Origin: Squalus acanthias
Taxonomy: Eukaryota
Assembly (NCBI GenBank): GCA_030390025.1
Contig: JASTWF010000034.1
Location: 1,240,001-1,304,000 of the forward strand
Reading direction: 5' to 3'
Length of the DNA: 64,000 bases
Shown: in pieces, positions 48,136-59,049 of the stretch
How positions within the stretch are numbered: the stretch's first letter is position 1
Layout of the letters: the number at the start of each line of letters is the position of its first letter
Notes under the pieces: model-generated
What the model saw: the letters and a program-made list of their open reading frames with translations, nothing else
Told to the model about the DNA's origin: nothing
The model's database searches: none
Program-made: the position numbers and the translations under genes

Positions 48136-50257
48136 CAGAGGCAGAGTAAATCTACCCCAACACTGCCCCATCAAACTCTCCCAGGGCAGGCACAACACGA
48201 CTTAGACACAGTGTAAATCTCCCTCAGCACTGTCCCATCAAACACTCCCAGGGCAGGTACATCACACGTTAGATACAGAGTAAAGCTCCCTCTACACTAT
48301 CTCATCAAACACACCCAGGGCAGTTTCAGCACAGGTTAGTTACAAAGTAATTCTCACTCTACACTGTCCCATCAAACACTCCCAGGGTATGTTCAGAACA
48401 TGTTTGACAGAGAGTAAAGTTCCCTCTCAACTGTCCCGCCGTACACTCCCAGGGCAGGTGCAGCACGGGTTAGATGCAGAGTACAGCTCCCTCTACACTG
48501 TCCCATCAAACACTCCCAGGGCAGATACAGCACGGGTTAGATACAGAGTAAAGCTCCCTGAACACTGTCCCATCAAACACTCCCAGGGCAGGTACAGCAC
48601 GGGTTAGATACAGAGTAAAGCTCCCTCTACACTGTCCCATAAAAGGACCTCAGGGCAGGTTCAGTCCATGTTTGAAACATAGAAAAATAGGAGCAGGAGT
48701 CGGCCATTCGGCCTTTCGAGCCTGCTCCGCCATTCAACATGATCATGGCTGCTCCTCTATCTCAGTACCAAATTCCCGGTCTCTCCCCATACCCCTTGAT
48801 GCCTTTTGTGTCTAGAAATCTATCTCCTTCTTAATTATATTCAGTGATTTGGACTCCAAAGCCTCTGTGCGAGAGAATTCCACAGGTTCACCACCCTCTG
48901 AGTGAAGATATTTCTCCTCATCTCAGTCCTAAATGTCCTACCCCGTATCCTGAAACTGTGACCCCTCGTTCTAGACACCCCAGCCAGGGGAAACATCCTC
49001 CCTGCATCCAGTCTGTCTAGCACTGTAGAATTGTATACGTTTCAATCAGATGCCCACTCCTTCTTCTAATCTCTCGTGAATACAGGCCTAGTCGTCCCAA
49101 CCTCTCCTAAAACGACAGTCTTGTCATCCCAGGAATCAGTCTGGTGAACCTATGTTGCACTCCATCTATGGCAAGTATATCCTTTCTTAGGTAGGGAGAC
49201 AAAACAGCACACAGTACACCAGGTGTGGTCTCACCAAGGCCCTGTATAACTGTTGTAAGACAGTCTTGCTCCTGTACTCAAATCCTCTTGCAATGAACGC
49301 CAACATACCGTTTGATACAGAGTAAAGCTTCCTCCACACTGTTCCATCAAACCTGTCCAGGAGAGGCACAACACGGGTTAGATACAGAGCAAAGATCCCT
49401 CTACACTGTCAAATCAAACACTGCCAGGGCAGGTACAACGTAGGTTAGATACAGAGTAAAGCTCCCTCTGCACTGTCCCATCAAACACACCCAGGGCAGT
49501 TACAGCACAGGATAGATACAGAGTAAAGCTCCCTCTACACTGTCCCATCAAATCGCTCCCAGGACACGTATAACACGGGTTAGATGCAGAGTAAAGTTCC
49601 CTCTTCACAGTCCCATGGAACACTCTCAGGACAGGTTGAGATCATGTTTGATACTGGTAAAGTTGACTCTAGACTTTCCCCTCAAACTCTCCCAGGACAT
49701 TTTCAGCACAGGTTAGATACAGAGTAAAGTTCATCTCTGCATTGTCCCATCAAACACTCCCCTGGCAGGTTCAGGCCACGTTTGATACAGTTTAGAGCTC
49801 CCTCTACACTGTCCCATCAAACCAGGCCAGGGCAGGAACAGCACTGGTTAGATACAGCACTGGTTAGATACAGAGTAAATCTCCCTGGACATTGTCCCAT
49901 CCAACACTCCCAGGGCAGGTTCAAACAATGATTGGTAAAGAGTAAAGCTCTCACTACACTGTCCCATCAAACCCAGCCAGAGCAGGTACAGCACTGGTTA
50001 GATACAGAGTAAATCTCCCTCTACACTGTCCCATCAAACACTCCCAGGGCAGGTACAGCACGGGTTAGATACAGACTAAAGCTCCCTCTACACTGTCCCA
50101 TCAAACACTCCCAGGGCAGGTACAGCACGGGTTAGATACAGAGTAAAGCTCCCTCTACACTGTCCCATCAAACACTCCCAGGGCAGGTACAGCACAGGTT
50201 AGATACAGAGTAAAGCTCCCTCTACACTGTCCCATCAAACAACCCCATGGCAGGTTC
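48136..50257 (+). repeat. 67-bp satellite array interrupted by a CR1
   Basis: Unit spacing 67 bp (e.g. 50041, 50108). Confidence 0.9.
48675..49310 (-). mobile_element. CR1 3' fragment
   Basis: NGMLAFIARGFEYRSK...LYRALVRPHL and RTRGHSFRIRGRTFRTEMRRNIFTQRVVNLWNSL. Confidence 0.88.
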
Positions 50258-50635
50258 AAAAGTGAGAAGTCGCACAACACCAGGTTATAGTCCAACAGTT
50301 CTATTTGAAATCACAAGCTTTCGGAGCTGCTGCTCCTTCGTCAGGTGAAGTAAAGGAATACAAAATCGACAAAGCATATATAGATAGAGAACAATGCATG
50401 TGTAGCGTACAATGTCAGACGACTACATTTAATCCTCCTGACTGCCTTTTGTCACACCTCGGCAGATAAACAATCAGGTCAGCCAGGAAGGCACCACATC
50501 AAAGACATAGCAAGATACAACTGAGACAATGAGGTGGGGTTACAGGGGGTCTAATGTGTCAAAAGCTGCAGTCTGTATGGAAAACGATAAACTTTAAAAT
50601 GTTTACGTTTTTTTTTTACTGGCTGACCTGATTGT
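50258..50635 (-). mobile_element. Penelope-like element terminal fragment
   Basis: Homologous to 63515-63880; contains a hammerhead motif. Confidence 0.7.
50311..50348 (-). ncRNA. Minimal type I hammerhead ribozyme
   Basis: Minus strand UCAC-CUGACGA-A-GGAGC-AGCA-GCUCC-GAAA-GC-UU-GUGA: conserved core, stem II, stem I UCAC/GUGA, palindromic AAGCUU as stem III. Confidence 0.7.
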
Positions 50636-50639
50636 ATTG

Positions 50640-52232
50640 AGAGAGAGGAAGTACTAGCGGTTTTAGCGGGCTTCAAAGTGGATAAATCCCCAGGCCCTGA
50701 CGGGATGTGTCCCAGGCTGCTGTGTGAGGCAAGGGAGGAGACTGCAGGGGCTCTGACACAAATTTTCAGAACCTCTCAGACCACAGGGGAGGTGCCAGAG
50801 GACTGGAGAACAGCTAACGTAGTACCATTGTTCAAGAAGGGTAGTAGGGATAAACCAGGGAATTACAGGCCAGTGAGCCTAACATCAGTGATAGGGAAAT
50901 TATTGGAAAAAATTCTGAGGGACAGAATTAGTCTCCACTTGGAGAGGCAAGGATTAATCAGGGATAGTCAGCATGGCTTTGTCAGGGGGAGATCATATCG
51001 AACCAATTTGATTGAATTTTTTGAGGGGTTGACTGGGTGTGTGGATGAGGATAGTGCAGTTGATGTCGTCTACATGGTCTTCAGTAAGGCTTTTGATAAA
51101 GTCCCACATGGGAGACTGGTCAAGAAGGTAAGAGGCCATGGGATCCAGGGCAATTTGGCTCATTGGATTCAAAATTGGCTTAGTGGCAGGAGGCAGATGG
51201 TGATGGTCGAAGGTTGTTTTTGTGACTGGAAGCCTGTCTCCAGTGGTGTACCGCAGGGATCGGTGCTGGGTCCTTTGCTGTTTGTAGTGTACATTGATGA
51301 TTTAGATATGAATGTAAGTTCGCAGATGACACGAAAATTGGTGGAGTGGTAACTAGCGAGGTGGGAAGCCTCAGACTACAGGACGATATAGGCGGGATGG
51401 TTAGATGGGCAGAACAGTGGCAAATGGAATTTAACACTGAAAAGTGTGAGGTGATGCATTTTGGGAGGACAAACAAGGCAAGGGAATACACAATGAATGG
51501 TAGGACCCTAGGAAGGACAGAGGATCAGAGGGCCCTTGGCGTGCATGTATATAGATCCCTGAAGGCAGCAGGACAGTTAGATAAGGTGGTTAAAAAGGCA
51601 TATTGGATACTTGCCTTCATTAGCCGAGGCATAGAATATAAGAGCAAGGAGGTTATGATGGAGCTGTACAAAACGCTGGTTAGGCCACAGCTGGAATACT
51701 GTGTGCAGTTCTGGTCACCAGACTATAGGAGGGACGTGATTGCATTGGAGAGGGTGCAGAGGAGATTCACCAGGATGTTACCTGGGCTGGAGCGTTTCAG
51801 CTGTGAAGAGAGACTGGAAAGGATGGGGTTGTGTTCCTTAGAGCAGAGAAGGCTGAGGGGGAACCTGATTGAGGTGTACAAAATTATGAGGGGCATAGCT
51901 AGGGTGGATAAAAAGGAAATTCTTCCCTACGTAGAGGGGTCAATAACCAGGGGGCATAGTGTCAAGGTAAGGGGCAGAAGGTTTAGAGGGGATTTGAGGC
52001 AAAACTTTTTCACCCAGAGGGTGGTTGAAATCTGGAGCTCACTCCCTTAAAGGGTGGTAGAGGCAGGAACGCTCACAACATTCAAGATGCATTTAGATGA
52101 GCACTTGAAACGCAATAGCTTACAAGGCTACGGACCAAGTGCTGGAAAATGGGATTAGAATAGATAGGGCTTGATGGCCGGTGCAGACACGATGGGCTGA
52201 AGGGACTCTTTCTGTGCTGTATAACTCTATAA
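50640..52232 (+). mobile_element. CR1 LINE RT and 3' end, relatively well preserved
   Basis: ORFs of 224 and 234 aa: KSPGPDG...NYRPVSLTS...SGVPQGSVLGP...; tail ttctgtgctgtataactctat. Confidence 0.93.
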
Positions 52233-54720
52233 ACAATCCAGGGCAGTTACAGCACGGTTTAGATACAGAGTAAAGACCCATCAATAACGTCCCATCAAAC
52301 ACTCCCAGGGCAGGTACAGCACGGGTTAGATACAGAGTAAAGCTCCCTCTACACTGTCGCATCAAGCATTCCCAGGGCAGGCACATCAGGGGTTAGAAAC
52401 AGAGTCATGCTCCCTCTACAATGTCCCATCAAACATTCCCAGGGCAGGCACAGCAGTGGTTAGATTCAGAGTAAAGCTGTCACTAAACTGTCTCATCAAA
52501 CACTCTCAGGGCAGGTTCAGACCAAGTTTGATACAGAGTAAAGCCCCCTCTACACTGTCACTACAAACACTCCCAGTGCAGGTACAGCTGTGTTAGATTC
52601 AGAGTAAAGCTGTCTCTAAACTGTCCCATCAAACACTCTCAGGGCACGTTCAGACCAAGTTTGATACAGAGTCAAGCTCCCTCTATAAGGTCCCATCAAA
52701 CACTCCCGGGGCAGGTACACCATGGGTTAGATAAAGAGTAAATCTCCCCCTGCAATGTCCCATGAAACACTCCCAAGGCAGGTACAGCACAGGTACAGCA
52801 CAGGTTAGATACAGAGTAAAGCTCCCTCTACACTGTCCCATCAAGCTCTCCCAGGGCATGTACAGCACGGGTCAGATACACAGTAAAATTCCCTCTACAC
52901 TATCCCATCAACTAACTCCCAGGACACGTGTAATACGGGTTAGATGCCGAGTAAAGCTCACTTTACACTTTCTCATCAAACACTCCCAGGGCAGGTACAG
53001 CACAGGTTCGATACAGGGTAAAACTCCCTCTACACTGTCCCATCAAACACCCACAGGGCAGGTTCAGACGATGTTTCATACAGAGTAAAGCTCCCTCTGC
53101 ACTATCCCATCAAATCACTCCCAGGACAGGTACAGCACGGGTTAGATACAGAGTAAAGCTCCCTCTACAATGTCCCATCAAACCCTCTCAGGGCAGGTAA
53201 AGCACGCGTTAGATAGAGTAAAGCTCTCTCCACACTTTCTCATCAAACACTCCCAGGGCAGGTACAGCACAGGTTAGACACAGAGTAAAGCTGCCTCTAC
53301 ACTGTCCCATCAAACACTCCCAGGGCAGGTTCAGACCACGTGTGATACAGTGTAAAGCTCCCTCTACACTGTCCCATCAAACACTCCCAGGGCAGGTAAA
53401 GCACGGGTTAGATAAAGAGTAAAGCTCCCTCTACAATGTTCCATCAGACATTCCTAGGGCAGGTAGACCAGTAGTAGGGAAAATGCTGGAATCTATTATA
53501 AAGGATGCAATAACTGGGCACTTAGAAACTAATAGTAAGATTGGGCAGAGTCAACATGGATTTATGAAAGGGAAATCCTGTTTGACAAACATATTGGAGA
53601 TCTTTGAGGATGTAACTAGTGGAGCAGACAAAGGGGAACCGGCAGATGTGGTGTATCTGGATTTTCATAAGACCTTCGATAAGGTCCCACACAAGAGGTT
53701 GGTGAACAAAATAAGGGCACATTGAATTGGGGGTAATATACTAGCATGGTTTGAGAATTGGTTAACAGACAGAAAACAAAGAGTAGGGAAAAATGGGTCT
53801 TTTTCAGGATGGCAGGCTGCGACTAGTGGAGTACAGCAAGGATCGGTGCTTGGGCCCCAGCTATTCACAATCTATACCAAGGATTTGGATGAGGGGACTA
53901 AATGTAACATTTCCAAATTTGTTGATGACACAAAGCTAGGTGGCAGTGGCAGTTTTGAAGAAGAGGTGAAGAGACTTCAAGGGGATCTCAAATGGCTCAG
54001 TGAGGGGCGTGAACATGGCAGATGGAATATAGTGTCGATAAATGTGAAGTTATCCAGTTTGGTAGACAAAACAGAAAGGCAGAGTATTTCCCAAATGGTG
54101 AAAGATTGGGGAACGCAGATGCACAAAGTGACCTAGATGTCCTTGTACATGAGTCATTCAAAGTGAATGTGCAGAGTAAAGCTTCCTCCACACTGCCCCA
54201 TCAAACACTCCCAGGGCAGGTACAGACCATGTTTGATACAGAGTAATGCTCCCTCTTCACTGTCCCATCAAACTTTCCCAGGGCAAGTACAGCGGGAGTT
54301 AGAAACAGAGTAAAGCTCCCTCTACACTATCCCATCAGACACGCCCAGGACACATTCAGACCAAGTGTGATACAGTGTAAAGCGCCCTTTACATTGTCCC
54401 ATCAAACCCGTCCAGGACAGAGAGAACACGAGTCAGACAGAGTAAAGCTCCCTCTACACTGTCCAATCAAACGCTCCCAGGGCAGGTGCAGCACGGATTA
54501 GATACAGAGTAAAGCATCCTCTACACTGTCCCATCAAATCACTCCCAGGACACGTATAATACAGGTTAAATGCAGAGTAAAACTGCATGCATATTGGCCC
54601 ATCAAACCCTTCCAGGACAGGCACAACAAGAGTTAGATCCAGAGTTAAGCTCCCTCTGCAGTGTCCCATCAACACTCGCAGGGCAGGTACAGTACACGTC
54701 AGATACAACATAAAGCTCCC
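52233..54720 (+). repeat. 67-bp satellite arrays flanking a CR1 fragment
   Basis: Same unit at 52233-53465 and 54170-54720. Confidence 0.9.
53466..54175 (+). mobile_element. Internal CR1 RT fragment
   Basis: [13 protein letters not shown]...YLDFHKTFDKVPH; LGPQLFTIY...KFVDDTKLG. Confidence 0.88.
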
Positions 54721-54950
54721 TCACTAGAAGGAGACACACCGCGGGACACACTCACTGGAAGGAGGCACCGCGGGACACACTCACTGGAAGGAGACACCGC
54801 GGGACACAGTCACTGGAAGGAGACACACCGCGGGACACACTCACTGGAAGTAGACACACCGTGGGACACACTCACTGGAAGGAGGCACCGCGGGACACAC
54901 TCACTGGAAGGAGACACACCGCGGGACACACTCACTGGAAGGAGGCACAC
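54718..54950 (+). repeat. 29-31-bp minisatellite (GGGACACACTCACTGGAAGGAGACACACCGC)
   Basis: About 8 tandem units. Confidence 0.9.
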
Positions 54951-55199
54951 GATGAGAAGGGCGGGGCCCAGGGGCGAGGGAGGGGCCCGGGGTGAGGTCG
55001 ATGCCCATGAGTGGCGCAGCGGGGTCGGGAGTACCACACTGCAGCCTATGAAACCCAGGCAGAGAGGACATGCGAGAAGAGGGAGGAGGACAGTAGGAGT
55101 GGGTTTGTGTGTGTGTGCTCGGCCGATGTAGCAGAGCCTCGTCTCCAATCGTCTTGGATCCCCTTGCCATTGGACCAAGACCTTGCTCTGTCATGCCTG

Positions 55200-57520
55200 T
55201 GTGGTAGCTGGTGTGCAACGGCCACCCCACGTTAAAAGAATTCACGCCATAATCAGCACCTGCGAAGAGACGCTCGGTCACTCGACCAGGAAAAATCAAG
55301 ACTGGTTCAACAAGAACGACCAGGAGATCCAGGAGCTAATAAGTCGCAAGGGCAAGGCATTGCTGATCTGGAAACAGTAACAGAACTCGAGAGCCAGAAA
55401 GCAGCTCGACAGACATTGAAGGCCGAGGTCCAACAAAAAGCTCGTGACCTAAGAACAGATGGTGGGTGGAGTAAGCGCAGGAGATCCAGCAGCTGGCCGA
55501 CAACCACGACGTGCGTGGATTCTTTAGCGCATTCAAGACCACCTACTGCTCAAGCACCCATGGTCCTACCCCACTGAGGACTAAGAATGGAGAGGTGCTC
55601 ATCAAGGACAGAGAGGCAGACAGAGCCCGCTGGAAGGAGCACTTCGAAGATCTCCTTAACGGAAACTCTGTCTTCGATGCGAGTGTCCTCAACTCCATCC
55701 CGCAGCATGCTACCCGCAACCACCTCAGCACAACCTCAGTCCGGCATGTGGTTGAAAAGGCCATCCGACAACTGAAGAATAACAAGGCCTCAGGAGCAGA
55801 TGGAATCCCCGCCGATGCGCTAAAACATGTTGAAGAAGTACTATTGGTGCGAATACGTGGACTCATTTCTCTTATTTGGAAGGAGGTGAGCATGCCAGGG
55901 GATCTCAGAGTGGTCGTAATCGTGACCATCTTCAAGAAAGGTTACAAGTCTGATTGTGGTAATTACAGAGCAGTCTCTCTGCTATCTGCAACAGGGAAAG
56001 TCATCGCAAGAATCCTCCTCAATCGCCTTCTCCCAGTGGCTGAAGAGCTCCTCCCAGAGTCGCAATGCGGATTACGCCCACTAATGGGCACAATGAACAT
56101 GATCTTCGCCGCACGTCAATTACAAGAGAAATGCAGGGAACAGCACCAACCGCTGTACATGGTCTTCTTTGACCTCATAAAGGCCTTCGACACCATCAAC
56201 CGTGAGGGATTATGGAGTATCCTCCTCAAATACAGCTGCCCTCAAAAGTTTGTCACCATACTCCGCCTGCTTCACGACGACATTCATGCTGTAATCCTGA
56301 CAAACAGATCCACCAGAGACCCAATTCATGTACGGACTGGGGTCAAGCAAGGCTGTGTCATCGCAACAAAGCTCTTCTCGTTCTTCCTGGCTGCAATGCT
56401 CCATCTCACCCTCAGTAAGCTCTGCGCCGGAGTGGAGCTAATCTACAGAACAAATGGAAAAACTGTTCAAACTCCATCGCCTCCAGTCCAGATCCAAGGT
56501 CGTTCCATCCTCTGTCATCGAATTACAGTATGCAGACGACGCCTGCATCTGTGCTCACTCAGCAGTCGAACTCTAAACCATCGTCAACATCTTCACCGAA
56601 GCATACGAGAGCATGGGCCTTACACTAAACATCCGTAAGAGAAAGGTCCTCCACCAACCCGCCACAAGTACTGCTCCCCCATTATCAAAATCCATGACGA
56701 GGCCTTGGGCAACGTGGACCACTTTCCATATCTCGGGAGCCTACCGTCAACAAGGGGAGACGTCGATGACAAAGTCCAACACCGCCTTCAGTTAGCCAGT
56801 GCAGCTTTCGGTCGCCTGAGGAAGAGAATGTTTAAAGACCAGGACCTCAAACCCAGCCCCAAGCTCATGGTCTGCAGAGCAGTAGTGATACCCAACCTCC
56901 TGTATGCTTCAGAGACATGGACCATGTACAGCAGGTACCTCAAAGCACTGGAGAGGTACCACCAATGCTGCCTCCACAAGATCCTGCAAATCCATCGGCA
57001 GGACAGGCGCACCAACGTCAGTGTTCTCGCTCAGGCCAACATCCCCAGCATCGAAGCTTTGACCACGCTCGATCAGCTCCGATGGCCGGGCCACATCGTC
57101 CGCATGCCCGATAAGAGACTTCCAAAATTAGCGCTCCACTCGGAGCTCCGGCACCTCAAGAGAGCCCCAGGTGGGCAGAGGAAACGCTTCAAGGACACTC
57201 TCAAAGCCTTCTTGAAAAAGTGCAACATCCCCAGCGACACCTGGGAATCCCCGGGCCAAGACCGCACAAAGTGGAGATAAGCATCCGGGAAGGCGCCGAA
57301 TACTTCGAGTCTCTTCGCCGGGAGCAAGCGGAAGACAAGCCCAAACAGCGTAAGGAGCGCACGTCAACCCAAGCACCCCACACACCCGCCCCTTCAACCA
57401 CCGTCTGCCCCACCTGTGACAGAGACTGTAGGTCCCGCATTGGACTCATCAGTCACCTGAGAACTCATTTTTAGAGTGGAAGCAAGTCATCCTCGTTTCC
57501 GAGGGACTGCCTAAGAAGAC
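55200..57520 (+). mobile_element. RTE-clade (BovB-like) LINE, 5'-truncated, with stops and frameshifts
   Basis: RKNQDWF..., ASGADGIPA, NYRAVSLLS, LPESQCG, GVKQGCVIA, QYADD, FPYLGS, QLRWPGHIVRM, GGQRKRFKDTLK, terminal CPTCDRDCRSRIGLISHLRTH; tail gcctaagaaga. Confidence 0.9.
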
Positions 57521-57660
57521 TCTGTGAATCCATCTGTGGAGTCCCTAAGTATAGACCCACTCTGTGACTCCATCTGTGGAGTCCCTAAGTATAGACCCAC
57601 TCTGTGACACCATCTCTGGAGTCCCTTTCAGTACAGGCGCACTCTGTGACACCATCTGTG
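57521..57660 (+). repeat. 40-bp tandem repeat, ~3.5 copies
   Basis: tctgtga(a/c)tccatctgtggagtccctaagtatagacccac at 57521, 57561, 57601. Confidence 0.85.
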
Positions 57661-57709
57661 TGAGTGTTCGATCCATTCTGTTTCTGTCAGTCTCTGGTGC
57701 GGTGGGATC

Positions 57710-58240
57710 CCAAAGCTCTCATCAAATACCTCCAGGGCAGGTACAGTGGGTTAGATACAAAGTTCAGCTCCCTCTACGCTGCCCCACCAAACAGTCCCAG
57801 AGCAGGTACAGCACGGGTTAGATACAGAGTAAAGCTCCCTCTACACTGCCCATCAAACATTCCCAGGGCAGTTACAGCACGGGTTAGATACAGAGTAAAG
57901 CTCACTCTACACTGTCCCACCAAACACTCCCAGGGCAGGTACAGCACGGGTTAGATACAGAGTAAAGCTCCCTCTACACTGCCCCATCAAACACTCTAAG
58001 GGCAGGTACAGCACGGGATAGGTACAGTGTAAAGCTCCCTCTACACTGTCCCATCAAACACTCCCGGGGCAGGGCCAGTGGGTGAGATGCAGAGTAAAGC
58101 TCCCTCTGCACTGTCCCATCAAACACTCCCAGGGAAGTTACAGCACGGGTTAGATACAGAGTAAAGCTCCCTCGACACTGCCCCACCAAACATTCCCAGG
58201 GCAGGTACAGCACGGATTAGATACAGAGTAAAGTTCCCTC
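57710..58240 (+). repeat. 67-bp satellite array
   Basis: Same unit; mirror of 19390-19925 within the inverted duplication. Confidence 0.9.
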
Positions 58241-58389
58241 CAATTTGGTTCATCAACACAACCAACTCTGAAACATCATATGTTCAATGCAGCGTACAGC
58301 TCCCTTGAGACTTCCCAATGAAGTACAACCAGCTCGGGTACAGCATGGGGTGAATACAGAATAAAGATCCCTCTACATGCAAGTGTCAA

Positions 58390-59040
58390 ACACTCCCGGG
58401 TGAGTTACGGGCAAGGTTTATCTCCGAGTTAAGCTCCGCTCAACTTGCCACATCAAAGGCCGAGCCTGATGGCAGATGTTGAACAGCTCCCAGTATCTGG
58501 TTAGACTCTCACCTCAGAAAAATCCTGGACTGATGGGATTCTCAGTAAAGTTCCTCAACTTTCCAATCATTGTTGAAGCGTCCCGTTTTATCCCGTCTCC
58601 GACACTGGGGTTCTCGATCCCACCAGATCTGCTCTGTGAAACCAGAGACATTTCTCCAGTCCCAGTGAGTGAGGCGATGATTCGACTTCTCTCTCTCCAC
58701 CTTCCTGAGATATTGCTCACTCCCAGAGACTGTCAATACAAAAATGATTCATATTAATCCCAAATCCAGTACCTGGAATACAGTTGGGCTGTTTTTGTGA
58801 CTGGGATTGTATCTAATTTCATTATATTTGCAATTAATGTGTATTTGAATTACTTACATTAATATTAAATTGTTCCTTTTAGCTGTCACTCCAGCTCCTC
58901 CCACACTGACATCCCACTGATGGGCCGTAACCAGGGGCGGGGCCCTGTCTCCAGGTGACATCACACAGGAGCAGGGAGCCAATCAATCAAAGAGCAGCCT
59001 GGAAAAATGTTAAAGCGGCCAAGCCCCTCCCAATCCCCCC
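58390..59040 (-). pseudogene. Promoter/exon cassette, copy 3 (both splice donors damaged)
   Basis: Exon 58559-58729 homologous to copies 1 and 2; donor reads AAG|TTGAGG; a ~44-bp deletion near 58882 removes the first GTGAGT donor. Confidence 0.55.
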
Positions 59041-59049
59041 GGGGCAGGT

